Position numbers and translations under genes: made by a program. A DNA stretch of 64,000 bases. Source: Chrysomallon squamiferum (lineage: Eukaryota > Animalia > Mollusca). A model generated the notes under the pieces. That model made no database searches. It was not told the origin of the DNA and saw nothing but the letters and a program-made list of their open reading frames with translations. Location of the stretch: contig CM022677.1 in the NCBI GenBank assembly GCA_012295275.1, positions 21,514,001-21,578,000 of the forward strand, in the 5' to 3' direction. Positions 60,871 to 64,000 of the stretch are shown here, in pieces. Position 1 is the stretch's first letter, and each line of letters begins with the position of its first letter.

Positions 60871-63235
60871 TGTGTGCGTGTGTCTGTGTGTATGTGTATA
60901 TGTATGTGTGAGTCTGTGTCTGTGTGTGTATGTGTGTGTGAGACAGAGGTTGAGCAGGCCTGCATACAGAGGGAGGGAGTCTTTCTGCAGGTTTCACGTC
61001 ATTATTTGTTTTTTTCTCTTCTCTTGTTTTTCTTTTTCTCTTTAGCTTAGTTTCAAAGCCTTACATCCGAATGAACTATCCAGCCCTTAACCAAAACAAG
61101 AATTTTAAATATTAATCAATGAAAACAAATCAATTAAATTTCCTAAAGTAATTATTGACGAAGTGATTTCAGATCATCAAGGCAGGAGGAAACGCAACAT
61201 CATTTTCCTTCATTTCATTGCATTATTTATTTATTTATTTATTTATTTGTTCATTCATTCATTCATTCATTCTTTTCTATATTTCTATATTTATTTATTT
61301 ATTTATTTATTTATTAAATATATCCCTTGCAGGTTTAAAATATCGATGCATTTTGCCTGCATTTTGTCCAGCGATTTTGTACACTGTTTTAGTGTTGTGA
61401 TGAAAGATTGCAATTAAGAGACAAACATATAAATAGAATTTGTGCGCTGTTTTGCTGTACTGATTAGAGTTTGACAATAGACACAGCTCTTTTAGTATTG
61501 TATGCAAATTAAATTAATTAACGTGCAGTTGAGAAATGCATGTACATTAAAGATTGCAGTTAATAGACAAGCATATAAACAGAGGTCTGAGACTCGAGGA
61601 AGCAGGCTGCTGCTAATCATGGACAAACAAGAACAAATCTTCTGTTAAATAATCTGATCACTTACTGCACGAGCCTGTATAGAATATTCTATTAAAGGCC
61701 CTGTTTTATTTATTTATCGATCTATAGACATAGATGTTTAAATCTATGTTTTGTGACAATGGCTTGTTTATGTCGTATTGTCTCATTTGCCTTTGCGTAA
61801 AGGGAGAATTGATGAAAACATTTCTACGAGTTTCTCTTCACAATGTTCGATGCTTTCCCTCTTTATTTTTTTTATTTTTTATTTTTATTTTTTTATGTCT
61901 CTCTTCCATTACGAGGAATTCAGTCAGACAATGCATAAAGTGCGCCAAACGTATTTATGCAGAATTCTGCGTTTGACACTAATTCTAAATGGATGAATTC
62001 ACTTAGGCATCAACACGTAATAATAATCTTGTTTATTTAGCTGCATATAGTAATTCAAAGAAGTTTGGCATCATTGTTGTATAAGATATCAAAGACAGGC
62101 GATCATTTCTGCTTTTGCTTATTTATTTCCAAATTGTCGTTACTGTACAAGAAGTGATCGAACTTGAAAATATTCTGGGGATGTTAACAAAACTGACTAT
62201 GTACAAAGTTTTCTTTTGTTCTCTAATTTACACCAGAAATCCTTAAGTGCACAGCATCGGTGATTAGATAGGGTTTTGTTTGTAATAGATTAACGGAAAC
62301 TGGACTGAACTATAAAATGGTGCCCGTGTCAGAGAAGATTCGTTCCCCATGAATATTTATTCCTCCAAGGAACGAATATTCAAGATGATAAAGTAGGCGA
62401 TGGTTAATGTTATACTCGATGGTTAAAAAGCATTAATGCAGCCTGTTTATTTTTAAATATTTTGATTTTCTCTGAGAAAACAAAACAAAGAAAGAACAGT
62501 AAGACTAAAAATAAAATAAAAACATCATTTATTTAATAAAGATATACCTGAAAAAAAACCCAGGTCATTCCCAGGACAAATAAAGACACAAATGTAGCTT
62601 TTCGCTCAAAATATAGCAGATCAGAAAAGAATAAAAACTTATCATCATCATCATCAGCATCATCAATATAGATAGCTTACTAAAGAGACAGAGAGCTAGA
62701 GAAAAGTAGGCACACAGAGAGAGGCATATAGTACAATTTGTCAGTAATTTAGAACGGAAATGAGTAAATTCATCATCAGAATTATTGAAACAGTTATTGC
62801 CACTGTCATGATAATTACTCCTATCATAATAATCATGTTTCTCTCTATCCAGTTTTCTATCTCATCATCGTCGTCATCAATTTCATCATAATCATCGTAA
62901 TTGTAAGTTTCGTATTTTTGTTATTTCTTTTTTTTTCTTTTTTTTTCTTTCCTTTTTTTTTTCCTTTTTTTTTTTTTGTAATTGATATTCAGTATGACTG
63001 AAAAAATATACCATAAAAGAACAAGGCGGTAAAACTGCAACGATATATCATTACGATAAATGAATACAAGCAGCCAACTGTTTTTAAAGCTGAAGAGTGT
63101 ATTTATTCATTCGAGGCAAATCTACCTGAGTGCGATTGCAGGAAGCAGTCAGAACATTTCCTAAACCAGACAAAAGTTTGTTTCTGTGTCTGTTAAAGTT
63201 TTACCGTTTAGAAATTCTTGCAAAATCAGGAAGAG

Positions 63236-64000
<765 letters not shown>

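Overview
Eukaryotic, very AT- and microsatellite-rich invertebrate DNA. The repeat density and lectin type look molluscan, possibly cephalopod, but the taxon is an inference. Almost all ORFs in the supplied track are microsatellite artefacts. Reading splice sites by hand shows a tandem and inverted cluster of small secreted single-domain C-type lectin (perlucin-like CTLD) genes. All share one 4-exon plan: 55-nt signal-peptide exon (phase 1), 95-101-nt exon 2 (phase 0), 91-97-nt exon 3 (phase 1), and a terminal exon with the WIG...[EPN site]...C...WND..C...C-E/K-Y-x-P core. I can reconstruct 7 intact genes, 1 fused locus with a duplicated exon 2-3 cassette, 2 genes cut by the window edges, 1 orphan terminal exon and 1 3'-end relic. 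The sugar-binding motifs vary strongly (WPD, QPD, EPN x3, QPN, YAS, QPH, NPS x2) while signal exons and flanks of close paralogs are nearly identical. Also present: a decayed Tc1/mariner inside a lectin intron, a Ginger/GIN-like integrase remnant, a tRNA-derived SINE, inverted BTB-BACK-PHR pseudogene copies, nested inverted segmental duplications (39-64 kb), and minisatellites that amplify a splice donor, a splice acceptor, an initiator-like motif and AP-1 sites.
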